A stretch of DNA of 63,763 nucleotides, the filler included, from Sphacelaria rigidula (lineage: Eukaryota): assembly GCA_964200075.2 (NCBI GenBank). It is 6 parts of 6 records of this genome, joined end to end, with 100 filler letters (N's around TTAATTAATTAA, not from the genome) between each part and the next. Parts side by side here need not be neighbours in the genome. Positions count along the whole stretch, not along the records: positions 21,292 to 31,835 come from CAXNAA020006304.1; positions 31,936 to 42,478 come from CAXNAA020006305.1; 4 more parts are not named here. One strand, given 5' to 3'. The translations under genes were made by a program, and so were the position numbers. Position 1 is the first letter of the stretch. Every line of letters begins with the position of its first letter. Shown one piece after another: positions 23,560-36,339 of the stretch. The notes under the pieces are model-generated. The model made no database searches. It was given only the letters and a program-made list of their open reading frames with translations, and had not been told where the DNA came from.

Positions 23560-26500
23560 TCACAACCTTTTCAAGGATTCTACTGGGTTGGAGATAGCCA
23601 CATCCGGTGGTGCAAGTGCCTGCCCACGGATGAGAGACCCCATCGTTCCAAACAAGAGCTTCAAGTCCTCCACCGGGTTGTTTCCCTGGACCTGTTGGGG
23701 TGCACAGAGGAGGAGAACGACACGCCGATGATATGTTCATGAGCCGAAAAGGAACAGCGTGTTTACTTCCCACAGCCGTGATCGACAAGCCGGTGGAGAT
23801 ATGACGTCATCAGTAAAGGAAGGTCGAAGGCAACACGTTCAAGTCCGCTTTCCTTCATGTTGCTCACAGCATGTTACTCTCAAGACAATCAGTCTCAAGT
23901 TCCGAATGACTATATCATCACGACGAATCTGCAATAGAATGGCGGTTCCCTCATGCGTCATGAGGTATTTCTTCTCATAAAGAAGTTCTCCCTGTTACCA
24001 CGTAATGTGCCTTCATCACCTTTTTGTACAGGTACGAGTCGAAGGTCACTTTCTGCACGTACTCGGACTCGCACAGCTCAACAAATGCCTCCCTTGCGGC
24101 GTTGTTGGAGTAAAAGACCTGTCAGCGCGTGGAATAATTCATGTCAACGAAAATGCTCGATATCGGGAGGGGTGAAGGGCGAATGTCTGTTTGGTGGAGT
24201 AGCGTTCGAAAAATTCCTGTCGTGTGCGGCACAGCTCATGGAAGACCTGTTCGTTTGGTCGAGTAGTATCTTCAACGCAAATAACGCGGAGAGGATTAGT
24301 TCTGTACCTTCTTTGCCGGCCCGATGTGATTTCGGCAAAAAAACAAGTGGACTTCTCGCGAGTACACCCTCATTGTGAGAACGTAGATCGCAGTACGTAT
24401 GCTCAAGAACGAAGGAAATGGGATACGGGAGCGCGTACACGGCGACGGAGTGGGAGCATGCTCGTCACCTTCTGTATACGGCGAGATCGCTCACCTTTTG
24501 CAGGATGTCCAGCACAAGGTAAGTGGGCTTGTAAAGCTTGTCGTAGTCCTTGATGTAAGTGGCCTTCATTTGTTTTTCCTTGGGCAACTGGCCTGTTTCC
24601 CGCACACATTTCACGATCGCCTCGGCTGCCATTCGTCCAGACTTCGCCGCAAAGTAGATGCCCTCACCGGAGCACTTCGTCACGTACCTGGATCACATCG
24701 TCATGGGGGCGGAGGAGTGGTGAGAGATTTCGAAGCTCGGGCACATCAAGAAATTCATGGGGGAGACACGGTAAGGACCGGGATATATAGAGGGAAAAAA
24801 GCGTAAACCGCAATCGAGTCGCGATATCATCTCAGGCGTAGCTGTCCACCATTCCAAGACGACGGAAGGACAACTGACTCATTCGGAACAGTGTGGAGCG
24901 ATGTCGGCTGGAAGCATCTGACGTGGAGGTTATCCACGAGGAAGACTCCAGACGTGACATGCGATCATGACGGACGTTAATCGAACCAACTCCAAGGACC
25001 GAAAAAACCCTGTTTTTTTTTTTGTTTGAGTGGTCGAGGTGCACGCAATCATCACATCCGACGCACCCAGCAGCGTCACCCACGAGGGCCATGCGGCCGA
25101 CGACTCGTCGCGGTCGGTAGTTCTCCGGGATGGGGTGAGCCTCGATCTTGATAATTTTTCCACCCTCGATCTTTTCGCCAGCACGCTTGCGGATCGCATC
25201 CTGCACACCCGATAAAAAGTGACAGTCGAGATCCAAAATAATTCCGTCAAATTGCGTACAGGCCTCGAGAGAAGGGCGGGAAGTGGACCCTTACTCAAAC
25301 CATCACACCTGGATGCCAGGACAAGCGCAGTGAGAGGGACACGTGACGACGAACAGACTAGTACCACGACCATGTGAAGCCCGTGGCTCCCCCCCCCTTG
25401 AGGATTACCCTTTATCGCAACCATACTCGTAGGACTGACTAGGTGATGTTTTTTGTTTCTGCGCCCCCACGAAATAAAATGGCGCACGGAGTGCCCTGAT
25501 GTTGAACGTACCTGGTAGTCCTTGATGGCTGGTCGGTTGACGACGGTGCCGGTCCCTACACCCACGTGGTCGTACTTGGGGAAGACCCATCCGTAAAAGT
25601 CTGGAGATACATCATCACCCACGTACATCTCGGCCATGTCCTGCACAAACCGTCGGTAGCAGCGAACGGGGGATGACGGATCACAACGATTAATTTTAAT
25701 TTGCCCGGGAGTGTCCTCAGTCACGTGTTGAAGAGGTACGGGACAAGATTTGACCTCGAGTCAGCAGCTCGATGTCAGTGGCGCAGCACACGAAACCATC
25801 ACGGGCGTAGATTCTTCCAAAAACGCGGACCACTCGAAGTCCGTGCCAGAAAAGGAGCATATCACCACTCGACAATTTCATGAGAGAAACAAGGAAGTAC
25901 GTCGTCTTCATCACCTTGTAGAATTCCATCTTTTCGTCGGAGATCTTGATGCGCTCTTGGAAAGCGATGGCGTAGTTGTACTCTCCAGCATCCATTGCCT
26001 GAATATCAGACGGGCAGACGGGCATGGGACCGACCATTAGGCGACAACGACCATCGTAAGAGGCAGCTGACGAGATCGAGATTGATTTGTCCAGTCGAGC
26101 CTGCATAAGATTTTACATGCGCATGTCGTTGAAAACAGCATTTTTCAACAGTCCAGAAATAGGATTGCCCCTCACCTTGGCTACTCGGGAGTTGGCGCCA
26201 TCAGATCCGATGACGTAGTCCACCTCCATGGACGACGCTGTGCCCCTCTTCGAACCTGGCGTGTACTGCTGATAATTGATGACGAATTTGCCACTGTCCT
26301 TGTCGGCTGGCACTTCGATGTTGTTCACCAGGCCATTGATAGCTTGGGCGCCCTGCGACACAAAAAATCACGACGAGATTCAGGTAACACCCTATCGAAT
26401 ATGTAAGACGATCCGGAGTGGATGTGCAAGTCTGACGCAATGTCATGTACCGAAGAAGAGAACGTTCAGCTCAGGAATTCGGACGGCCCAGGATGTGAAG

Positions 26501-29500
26501 GGCGTGAGGAGTGCGGCAATAACGCGCCTCCGTCTTCCTCCTTCATGTGACGATTACCGTCAGTGGAATGTTGAGTGGCGGAACCCAAAAACTGGCCATG
26601 CTGTATGAGTGTGCCCACACACGCCATGTGTCACGGGACGCTCTCTGTACGATTCGCGAGCAAGATACGGACGGCACTCACTAGCTCGATGGCCCTGTCG
26701 CGCATGAAGCCGTCCATAACTTCTCGCCGCACCATGCCGATGTACTCGTCGGCCGCCAGGGTCTGGCCGATGTCGACCTCGCGGTTCGTTGGCGAGATCA
26801 TCTTCATGCGTCGCACCTGCAGAGTTTGTTGACAGTTTTAGGGAAAACATCAGTGAATGTGCCTGTTCGACTGGGTTTTCACCCTCTGAAGCACAATCTC
26901 CACCCCAAAGTATTGGTTTTCAGCGCCACGAGTGAGTGTGTACGATGTCCACCGACCGACGACACATCGTTTCGGGCAATATTAGTGTACGGACCAGCAG
27001 CGGACCAGACGTATGTTGCTGGTGGTATCCCGGGGTTTCAACTTCTTTTGGTGATCGGCTACTTGATGTGTCATCACGCTGGGCCTGAACCTGAGGAAAT
27101 AATGATATTCCCTCCTTCGTCGTACCTTGCGGTCGATGATGCTAACAGGCAAGTCGAATTCATCGATCATGCACAATGGAATGGCCCCGCCGCACGGCTT
27201 CGCGTTATCCATCTTTCGCTCGAAGAGCACCACCTCCACATCGTTGGTCTTCGCCAAGGCTTCAGCGGCGCAGGCTCCCGAAGGCCCTCCCCCCACCACG
27301 GCCACCTTGAACTTCATGTCGAGATCTGGAAGTAACATTCATGGGGGCATAGAACGAATGTGCGATCATGGTCTACAACGTGAGACGAATTTCACCAGTG
27401 TGGGGAATAGATGGCGACAAATACAAGGATCTCCCTAAACTAGACTTCACTGGCGGGAGAAGGGGCACCGAGGATTTCAAACAGATCCACCACGATTCTC
27501 GGGCAACGGGTCGGGGCGCACCGCTCATCTTCACCTGGAACAAATTATGGTGCGAGGGTCGGGTACTGCCGGAGATACGTCGGAAGCTAAGATGAGTTTC
27601 CGTCTGGATGTCGAGTTTTTTTGCTCAGCGAAAAAATGCTGATGTCGAAACATTCACACACGCCGCATTTTTCAGTCGCGAAAAATGTTTTATGGGACAC
27701 GGTGTTTGCTTCATGAGCTCAGGCCGTGTCCCATCAACTATTTCCCGGCTCGACAGCATGCGGCGGAATCGAATCTTCTGCCCAAATCATCCACGGCGTC
27801 CGTGCTCTCATCCATCTGAGAAAATGAAGGGCGTGGGCGAATTTGACAAGACACGGCCTCAGGGGCGTGTTGAAGGGGATGCCGCGGGAAAACATCCACA
27901 CCACGTGGCCATCGAAGACAACGTGCAACATTTCCACTCTTCAGTAATTTTCTACAGGAACTGACATATCCGGATTGGTGGTGTACCCACCTTTGGCAGA
28001 TTAGCTGTTGATTTCTCGTGCTGCGCGTCGAACTCGGGTGCTCGTCCAAGCAAGGATTCGCAGCTTGCTTCAAGCAGCGTTTGTCGTGACCGACTTCGTG
28101 TTTATATAGCAGACTTCGAATACGACAACTGGCACAAAACATACCATGAAAAACTATGATAGCAGTTCCACCTCTCAAGAACCAGGCACACGCCATGACG
28201 AAAAGCATCACGGAAACGGTGACAGCAAGGGATAGACGATGGTCCTCATACAAGAATCTGGACGCAGATGCAGGTTCCCTAGACGTTTACACGGACAGTT
28301 CTCGCTCGATTTACCGCGAGTCTCCAACATCGAAACTGATCAGCGATCATAGTGGACGCCTTTCTCAATCATGTAATTAGACCCTATCTCGTGACTATTA
28401 GATATGGGCTGGTGTGTAGACTTGGGTCGTCATACTTCACAAGTTGAGTCGATGTGCCCCGGATATTCCTCGTCAAAGCCATGAGAGGGGGAGGGGATGG
28501 CGAAACCGACCGTGCGTCGAGAAAATCCTGCGGTTCCAGCTCCTTACTGTACATCATCACTATCGTTGAATGATTGCAACTCGTTGTGTTGTTTCTGACT
28601 GTAGTTGGTTCTGCGTCCGCACTACGCCACATTTGGGTGACAAGCCTTCACACACCATTTTGAACACATGGTCGCCACCAGTGGATGTACATGTCGGCGT
28701 GCACAGTACGTACGGAGAGGTGGAGATCGTCGCTCCCACTTTCGGGGTTGGATCACCACATGAGATGCTGTTGACATACTGTAGTGCTGCACACCTGTAC
28801 CGGCTGAACTCAGCCACAGACGGTTGAGGTGCATTCGTTCATTTACTTCGAACATGAGGTATTTTCATGAGCCTGACAGTAACCGTGAAGTTCCAGGTTA
28901 CTACAAGTGTTGGAATCTCACACCAAGTAAGGCCGGAGCGGCGCAGATAGATGAGCCAGCGTAAGGGACGAGGGGGGAACCACACCTTGACCGCGCAGGT
29001 CGTCTCGTTCGTTGAACGTATGCTAGCAGCACGAAACCTATTCACCAACAGGTCATGCACGATTCATGTGAGACGACGAAATCGCACTTGGCTGAACCAC
29101 CTTGTACTGGTGTAGTCAGAAACTTTGCAATTTTCGCTCATTTTTCTTTGAAACTCGGACCGCCTCATGAGCGAAGGAAGCTCGACATTGGATAAGCACA
29201 AGTGATCGAGCGATATAGCACCAAGGTGGAATGCTGAGGGCGCAGACCCTCAGCCCACCCATGATTCGGGCATGGAGCGCACGGACGCGGCAACATCGGA
29301 CAGGCCTTTTTTACCCCGCCTCTTGAAAAGAAGCTGAAATGGCTTATATTTCCGAGAGCTCGTTTGGAACAAGAACGAAAATATACTTGAACTCCACCCA
29401 GACCAACGACAGGGGGACCGTGCTGTGTGAGAGGCACATTATTCACCAACACGTGCCATGCTTAGCTCAAGCGTGAGAAGCTCGTGAGCGAATGTCACCT

Positions 29501-29898
29501 ACTCGGGAAAGCAATATCCCAGCCACCCTACACATCCAGAGGCGGTTCAAGTTCATGTGGGACGACGCCACCACTTCCCAGGAAACTCGGACCTCGACAG
29601 AATGAGGGGTGCATATTTTGGACACATGGCAACAGCTCATGTACCGACACATGAGCATACCGAAAAAGGGCACTTATACTCTGACCGCCAAAGCTACGGG
29701 CAATCCCGGGTGAGAACAAGTGCATGATTTGCTGACAGCAACGATGAGGCAAAGCTCACTTGACACTGAAGATGTGGCTGGCGAAACCACCCGCTGTCCT
29801 GTGAAGCCCCGTGACGCAGAGGATGCAACCCATGCCTCACATCCCGCGCAGCTTCCCAGAACCACCGCCGCCGCGGCAACACTACGGCGAGGAGCCAT
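23560..29898 (-). CDS. chlP: Geranylgeranyl diphosphate reductase, plastid-targeted; complete, 10 coding exons, about 473 aa
   Basis: Exons 29898-29760, 27325-27126, 26816-26682, 26352-26176, 25998-25915, 25640-25512, 25200-25067, 24687-24495, 24118-24020 and 23691-23560, all GT-AG and phase-consistent (1422 nt). Motifs: VAVVGGGPSGACAAE, KPCGGAIPLCM, YIGMVRRE, IGSDGANSRVAK, IAFQERIKI, MYVGDDVSPDFYGWVFPK, LVGDAAGYVTKCSGEGIYFAAKSGRMAAE, VQKVTFDSYLYKKVQGNNP. The N-terminus has a signal peptide ending CEA|W followed by a Ser-rich transit peptide ending SNLDM. Confidence 0.97.
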
Positions 29899-30442
29899 GG
29901 TACACAACAACAAGCCTGCAAGGAGGAAGGGAGGTTGAAGTCTGCCTGGGTGGAATCGGCGAGCTGCTCTTCTGGTTTGTGGCTGGGTGGGCCTTGGAGT
30001 ATGTGTGCGTGTGCTGTAATAAGAGCTTTTGTAGGATGGTCAGGGGTTAGAGCAGGCACCGCGCTTCCCTGTTGGGCGGTGATTGTATGCGTAAAGAGGC
30101 GTGTTTTTGTTTAAAAGGTGATGACAGGACAAAAGTTGGTGGGTTGGTCGGTATCCTACGTCAACTTCAAGATGACGATATGGTGAGGTTTCTCTTCGTG
30201 AGATATATTTATTTCTCAGCGCCACCATTGATCGGTGTCTGTATCCATCAATCTCTAGTACTGACTCGTCAATCCGGCCGTCTATCCCCGATATCTTTAC
30301 CGCCTAGCGAGTTTTGTCACAGGAGTATACCGTACGCTATATTTGTTGAAACTACTCGGCAGTTGGTAGTAAGATACACTTAAAACCTGTCTAGATCCAC
30401 TAGTGAGCATCATACACAATACACTGAGATGTTTGTGATCGA

Positions 30443-31811
30443 ATGATGGATGCGGCACAACTCGATTACACCGCACCGGCGATTGTTCTGGGTTCTGGGG
30501 AAAGCCTGAAGCAGGATCGCGGTACATCTACCGATCCTAGACTTGAACTGTGGTGTTCAATTCGGAGTGCATCATACAACCGTTTCCTCTGCCCTTTTCT
30601 CCAGCGAGTAATTCACATCCGTCTTTACTTGGAGTGGACCCTCTGCCGTTACATGTTTGACATGTTGTAGTTGTTCCTGCTCCGACCAACCAGGATAATC
30701 GAAGCACACAACAGACAGCAGTATAGTGTACTGACTGTGTTGTTACGCTGTACTGCGGTGTTCAGTCTGCCGTCAAGACAGATTACCCCTACCCCCCGCA
30801 TCCTGCCATTGAACTAGAATCAAGCAAGATGGGGACGGCGTGGCTTTACTCTGGGTATCCAGATCTCTTGAGGAATGGTTTCGGGGAGCGATTCGAGCAG
30901 CTGATGAAGCAGTACCCGCCGGCATCCTCAGACGTGGTCAAGGCAAACAAGCACAGAGTAGTATCCAATTGTCAGCTCGGTACCCAGTGGTCGAGTTGGA
31001 CCCAAAATTGTGTATCTTAGGTCTTGCTTGGTATGTATATGCCGTATGTATGCAAGTAACGTGCGGACGCTTGTGCAGAGCGTCCATGTATGTATATGTT
31101 CCACGCCCAAGACCATCGCGCTTTGGGTAGTAGCCGCTCTGGTGAAGATCTAGCGATCAACCCGAATGTTGTGGACAGTCGACGTATATTGACAGGACCA
31201 AACAACGCATGCAGATAGGGTAATGAATGCGCCGTTGTACTTGTACGCTCACAACCACTGCCCTTGTATACTGGTTCAGCGGAGTATATAAAAATCAAAT
31301 ACACGGCGGAGACTTTAGTCTGTACATATATATGTCGACATACTTGGTTGCCCATGTCTTGGGTTCTCGCCCGATGATGTTAGTATCAGGGACGTTTGTG
31401 GCTTGGACGGAGTATCAAGCGATTTTGCCAACATTAATAGTAGAGTTTGTCTCACTCCGGCTTCGAAATCTCCAGATCATGGTGGTTGAATATATACTCC
31501 GTAGTTGGCTTTAGTTCAAGCCATCACATTCGGACACGATTTACACAAAAAGCAACGACCACGTACACCTACTGTAAGCTTGTGAAATCCGGTGGTAATA
31601 ACGAAGGGACTCACGATGAGCCTACGACAGCGGCGGTGTGTGGGATGTTGTCGACAAAATACATCACCTACAACACATTATTTTTGTTCATTTTTTTTCA
31701 CATTCTATTTGTTATTCGTTTTTTGTCACCTACACTTCAGCGGGGATACGGGGATCGTGTGCTACCCCTCCGTCTCGAAAGGGATGCGTGGTCAATGGTC
31801 AAATGACTAAG
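30443..31811 (+). CDS. Candidate 5' exons of an unidentified gene divergent from chlP (30443-30521, 30829-30942, 31741-31811), cut by the contig end
   Basis: Exon-like GC-rich segments bounded by AG acceptors and GT or GC donors. The reading frame is ambiguous and I recognise no domain. Confidence 0.3.
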
Positions 31812-31835
31812 GCAAGCAACAAATGAGTACGCCCC

Positions 31836-31935
31836 NNNNNNNNNNNNNNNNNNNNNNNNNNNNNNNNNNNNNNNNNNNNTTAATTAATTAANNNNNNNNN
31901 NNNNNNNNNNNNNNNNNNNNNNNNNNNNNNNNNNN
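31836..31935. other. Artificial contig linker
   Basis: 44 N + TTAATTAATTAA + 44 N. Confidence 0.98.
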
Positions 31936-32450
31936 AAAAAAAAAACTCAATGTGCTTCCTCAAGATTTTTTATTACGCCCCATGCATTATCCATACCAAA
32001 TTTCAGGGTCTAACTTCAAATATTGGCCGGCGCATCCGCCTGCAACCGTTCATGCAGCCTCTAGGCTGGCCCAGCTCGTAGGAATCACCAAATCCTCGTG
32101 AAGGTGATGGGATATTAAAAAATGAAATGTTGTGTTCTGAAGGGTATACTGGTTGAAATTCGGGTACGTTCAACAATATTCGAAAAAAATTCGGTCGGGG
32201 AATGCCTTTCCGGGCCATACCGGACTGTTTTGGAACAGGGCTCAATTCCCTGCCGAACCTTACCGGGATATTCGGTACACATCTCTCGGTATGGTTTAAT
32301 ATGTCAAGCGAAAATCACCCACTTGCGACTATACTATACTCTACAGAACACAACCTTCGATATACATATTTTGTTATCTTTGACGGTTTCCGTGATGTGG
32401 TGCATGTGCGTCCCCCTTGCGCTCGACCGAACTGCGGCATCCCCGAGCAG

Positions 32451-32550
32451 GTACTACTTCGCTCACCACACTTCGATGAAGGAGCTCGCTCCAGAGGACT
32501 ACCGTATGAATGGGCCGCGGTTGCTGAGCAAGGGCCCGATTACATCGCAG
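32451..32550 (+). CDS. Orphan internal exon of an unidentified gene (YYFAHHTSMKELAPEDYRMNGPRLLSKGPITSQ)
   Basis: CAG acceptor at 32448-32450, mostly C/G-ending codons as in the chlP and USP exons, and a candidate CAG|GCAAGG donor at the end. Confidence 0.45.
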
Positions 32551-34119
32551 GCAAGGAAGCAAACCGATATATATATATATATATCTTTATTATAGTAATT
32601 ATGTACATTTATTTCTCCGCAGATCGCTTTCCTGTACACAGGTGTCGATTTTGTGACGCCTGACAGCGCAACATTTCCCCGCACCCCGGCGCACCAGGTG
32701 CCAGTATTTGATTTTTCCGTTTCTGCTCTCCCGTCTTTTTCTGGAAATTTCCCGTTTCCCTCCGCGAAATTTTCCCTTTCTCGGCAGCATTCACGAGGCG
32801 ACCTAGAGTTTTGGGTCGTATATTCATAGTTGATTTTTTCAAACAAACTAACAAAATTGCTAACCCTAACCCTAACCCCGATCCGAGGCTTACGAGACCC
32901 TCGGGTAAGGAGTGTCCATAGGTTCCCCTAGGCAAGGTGTGCGTTGGCAGACCTGAAATCGACGCCGCTGGCGCCGATTTCGACAAGAACGCGTTCTCGA
33001 CGAGCTGGATCCACTGCTCACCTATCCCAAACCATGAACTTTCTCAGAACTTTCCCACTTCTAAAATCAAGTAGTCATGTTGTCAACCATAGATATACGA
33101 CCAAAACTCGAGGTCCACAGGAATTAACTCTGGGACCAGTGATTTCCCTAGCCATTTGCCTCTCCTTCGTGCCAGTGAGCTGCGCACCATAGTCTCACGT
33201 TTCCTTGATTGATTGTCGCACTTTAACTGACCCCCAGGGGTCCAGCCGTGGTCTCGTGATAGACGTACTCAAGAAAAATAAACGCAACCTCTTCCCCGAA
33301 TCCGCGACACTCTTCACTACGGCGTTTGCGCAGACCAAATTCGGGTCAGGACTTGGACTTTGTAATTCCCCCGAAGTCCAAAGTCAGTCCAAAGTCCGAT
33401 GGTTGCGTTTCGCTCGGTTTGGGCTTTTAATAGGAGATGCTATTGGCCAACAGGCGTGACGTGTAACGTGTAACCATCCTCCCGACAACATACACTACAC
33501 CAGCCACCTCGCTGCTCGCGCAAACACCAGAGCACACGCCCAGAACATGGCGAATCAACGGGTGATGGTGTGGCAGTGGTGTTCTTTTGAGGTCAGCACA
33601 TCAACATATGCACAAAGAAACACTATTTCGAGCACAAACTTGACACAGACAGCGAGTGACGCGACGTGTATCCGGGCTGCACAGAAGTTGTTGCAGACCA
33701 GGAGAATCATTTTGATCACCAGTCATGAATCACATGGGCACAAACGACGTACTTTTTACTCGTCGCCTGTCTTTGCCGCCTGCCTGACCCCTCTTGTGTT
33801 GCCAACATAGCTTCACACTGTAGTAATGCTGTGGAAGACTACCAGTAGCGTGCAGTAGACTGTTCAGTGCAGAACGATGTACGCTCACTGTTTCTTGCTG
33901 CTGAGTCCAGCGAAGATATACAACTGACACTGACTTTATCTGCACTGGAGTGCGGGTGGGTGTAAACTCGTGAGGGTTTCTCCGGTATTTCTTTCTCTAT
34001 ATTTGCGGAGCATCCAGGTAAACTCTAGGTAACAGACAGTAGGTCGTATTGTAAAGTGTATTATCCGTGTTCAGTCCCAAACCAAGTATCATTCCTCCAA
34101 AAGGCGATAAATAATTTGG

Positions 34120-35475
34120 TCCCACCCCAACTCTGTGCAGACCGAAACACTGCATGCAGCACTACAACTGTTCAGGCACCCTCGAGCGCTCATCGCACCG
34201 TGATCGTCGTAGAGTGTTGAGGTGCACAACAGCACAGCGACAACTACAGCATATAAATGGTGGGTTTGGGAAGCGCCTTGTTCGTTTGACTCGAGGCGAA
34301 ATAGCGAACACACCATGAATGTGTCAACAATGTCTAGAGAGCACTAGGTGTTGCCAGCATGATTTTTCGAAGAGACGAACGCCACGACAGTAGTAAAGCA
34401 AGTCACGCAGTCAGTCCCAGCGGAGACCGAACCGTCTTCGAAGAGGCGTGGAGACAGCACAGCGCAGCGACAGCTACAGCAGAAGAGACAGCGCATGTGT
34501 GTTTGTGCTGCAGCACAGTGGTACCAGACATGTCCCATGCGATATTTGCTCCCCTGATTTCGGATGAGCTCGATGAGTGGCGGTTTACAAACGCTGCGCC
34601 ACAATTGCGCGTTTCATGCGAAGCGCGATCATGGCCAAGCGTTCAAAAATCTTAACTCGGCAAAAAATGAGGACCCGTCTGAAATGAGGGGAAGAACTGT
34701 CACATGGGACATTGAGGCAGATGGCTACTACCATCAATGGCTTGGGATACAGTAGCTCCATGCTGGCTCAGTTTGTTCGCCCCAACGTGCACGCGTCCGC
34801 CTTGCGCGTCTTCTCCAATCACAGCACCCGACTACAGCTGAAATACGGAAGGAGACGCAAGAGACAGCTGCACAGTCGTCACGTAATCGTTTCATCTTTT
34901 CACCTTTGTGTACAGACAGTAGCTAGTGTACAGCACTTTGATCTCACCCCAATTTTGTTCAGGCCGAAACAACGCATGCAGCACTACAACTGTTCGGGCA
35001 TTCTCCAGCGCACACCACACCATGTTCGTCGTGGAGTGTTCAAATGCACAACAGCACAGCAACAACTACAGCATATAAATGATGGGCGTGGGAAGCGCCT
35101 CGTTCGTATGATGGAAGATGAAACAGCCAACACACAACAGTAGTGTGTAGATAGCACTGCGTACCGAAAAACATAATTTTCCTTATTTTCTGTAAAGACC
35201 AAGGCAGTGACAGTAAGGCAACTGACGCAGCCCCAGCGGAGACCAAATCGTCTTCGCAAAGGTCCAACCACACCACAGCACAGTGACAGCTACACCACAT
35301 GAGAGGGAGCGCGAGTGTGTTGGTGCTGCAGCACGGTGAAATAGCACCTGTCCCATGTGATAGTTCTTCCCCTCATTTCAGACGGGTCCCCAATTTTTGC
35401 CGAGTGCCGATTTTCAAACGCTCGGTAATGATCGCGCTTTATTGGAAAATCTTTCAATTCACCGTGAGTTACCGT
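34120..35475. repeat. Diverged direct duplication of about 400 bp (34120-34530 and 34945-35348), each followed by a TGTCCCATG-ended MITE; the complete MITE is at 34530-34711
   Basis: Shared blocks include GCACTACAACTGTTC.GGCA, CAACTACAGCATATAAATG.TGGG..TGGGAAGCGCCT and CCCAGCGGAGACC. MITE termini are ATGTCCCATG...CATGGGACAT. Confidence 0.8.
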
Positions 35476-36339
35476 TATCTGTGGGAGGTGATTCAAGAAA
35501 ACGTCTCCTGCCGTATCGTATGCTTGCTCCCTTCTGCTGCTCTGAACTTTCGTGCGAGCCGGATACACTTCACGTTTGTTTTATGTTGTTCGAGCTACTC
35601 GCTATCTGTGTCAAGTTGTGCTCAACACTCGTTCTTTGTGCATATGCTGCTGTGCTGACTTCATGAGAACACCACTGTCACACCAACCTTTCTCGGCGTG
35701 TGGTCTGGTGTGCGCCTCACGCGCGATGATGGAGCTGGTGTGATATGTGCCGGGTGAACGGAAAACCCTTCGGCCCTGCCAGCCAATAGCAGGTACATCT
35801 AGAAGACGAAACCGAGGGAAGACCAAAACGATATTTTTGCTGCGGACTTTGGGGGCAAATATTCACCTTAAACCACCGTAATCCTAACCGTAATGCGGGC
35901 TTGGGATCGTTGACCAATAGAAAAGACCGAGCCCAACACCCAAATTTAGTCTTCACATCACCATAGTTGGTGGGATCATTAAAAGCTAGTTGTCGAACCG
36001 AAATCGAGTGACATTCCGGTCTTGCTTTGGACTTCAAGACCAGACCCGAATCTCTTCTCCGCAAACACCCTAGTGATTCACCGTTAGACAGCAAGAGTAG
36101 ATCATGTGGTGAATCGGCATCAACTTCAAATGGGAGAAGAATGCGTGATCCATGGCTTGAATTTCCCGTGGGAAAAATTCCGAAACACATATGATTGACT
36201 TGATGAGCTTCTCGGCTGTTATGCGAGTAGCACCCCACCCCATGTCCAAGGCGATCCCCCCCCGGCCCCCAGGACACCCTCGGATGTCCCTCCACTGTCA
36301 GCTTGTGAACTTGTTTGGAGGCGACACTCGCTGTCTAAG

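Noticed and set aside
27326..29759. Extra chlP micro-exons giving an N-terminal extension (for example near 28788, 28560 and 27534)
   Set aside because: Direct splicing of exon 1 to 27325 is in phase and gives a normal presequence (SVSNLDMKFKVAV). The candidate micro-exons do not chain convincingly.
32860..32880. True telomere or chromosome end
   Set aside because: Only three units, internal to the contig.
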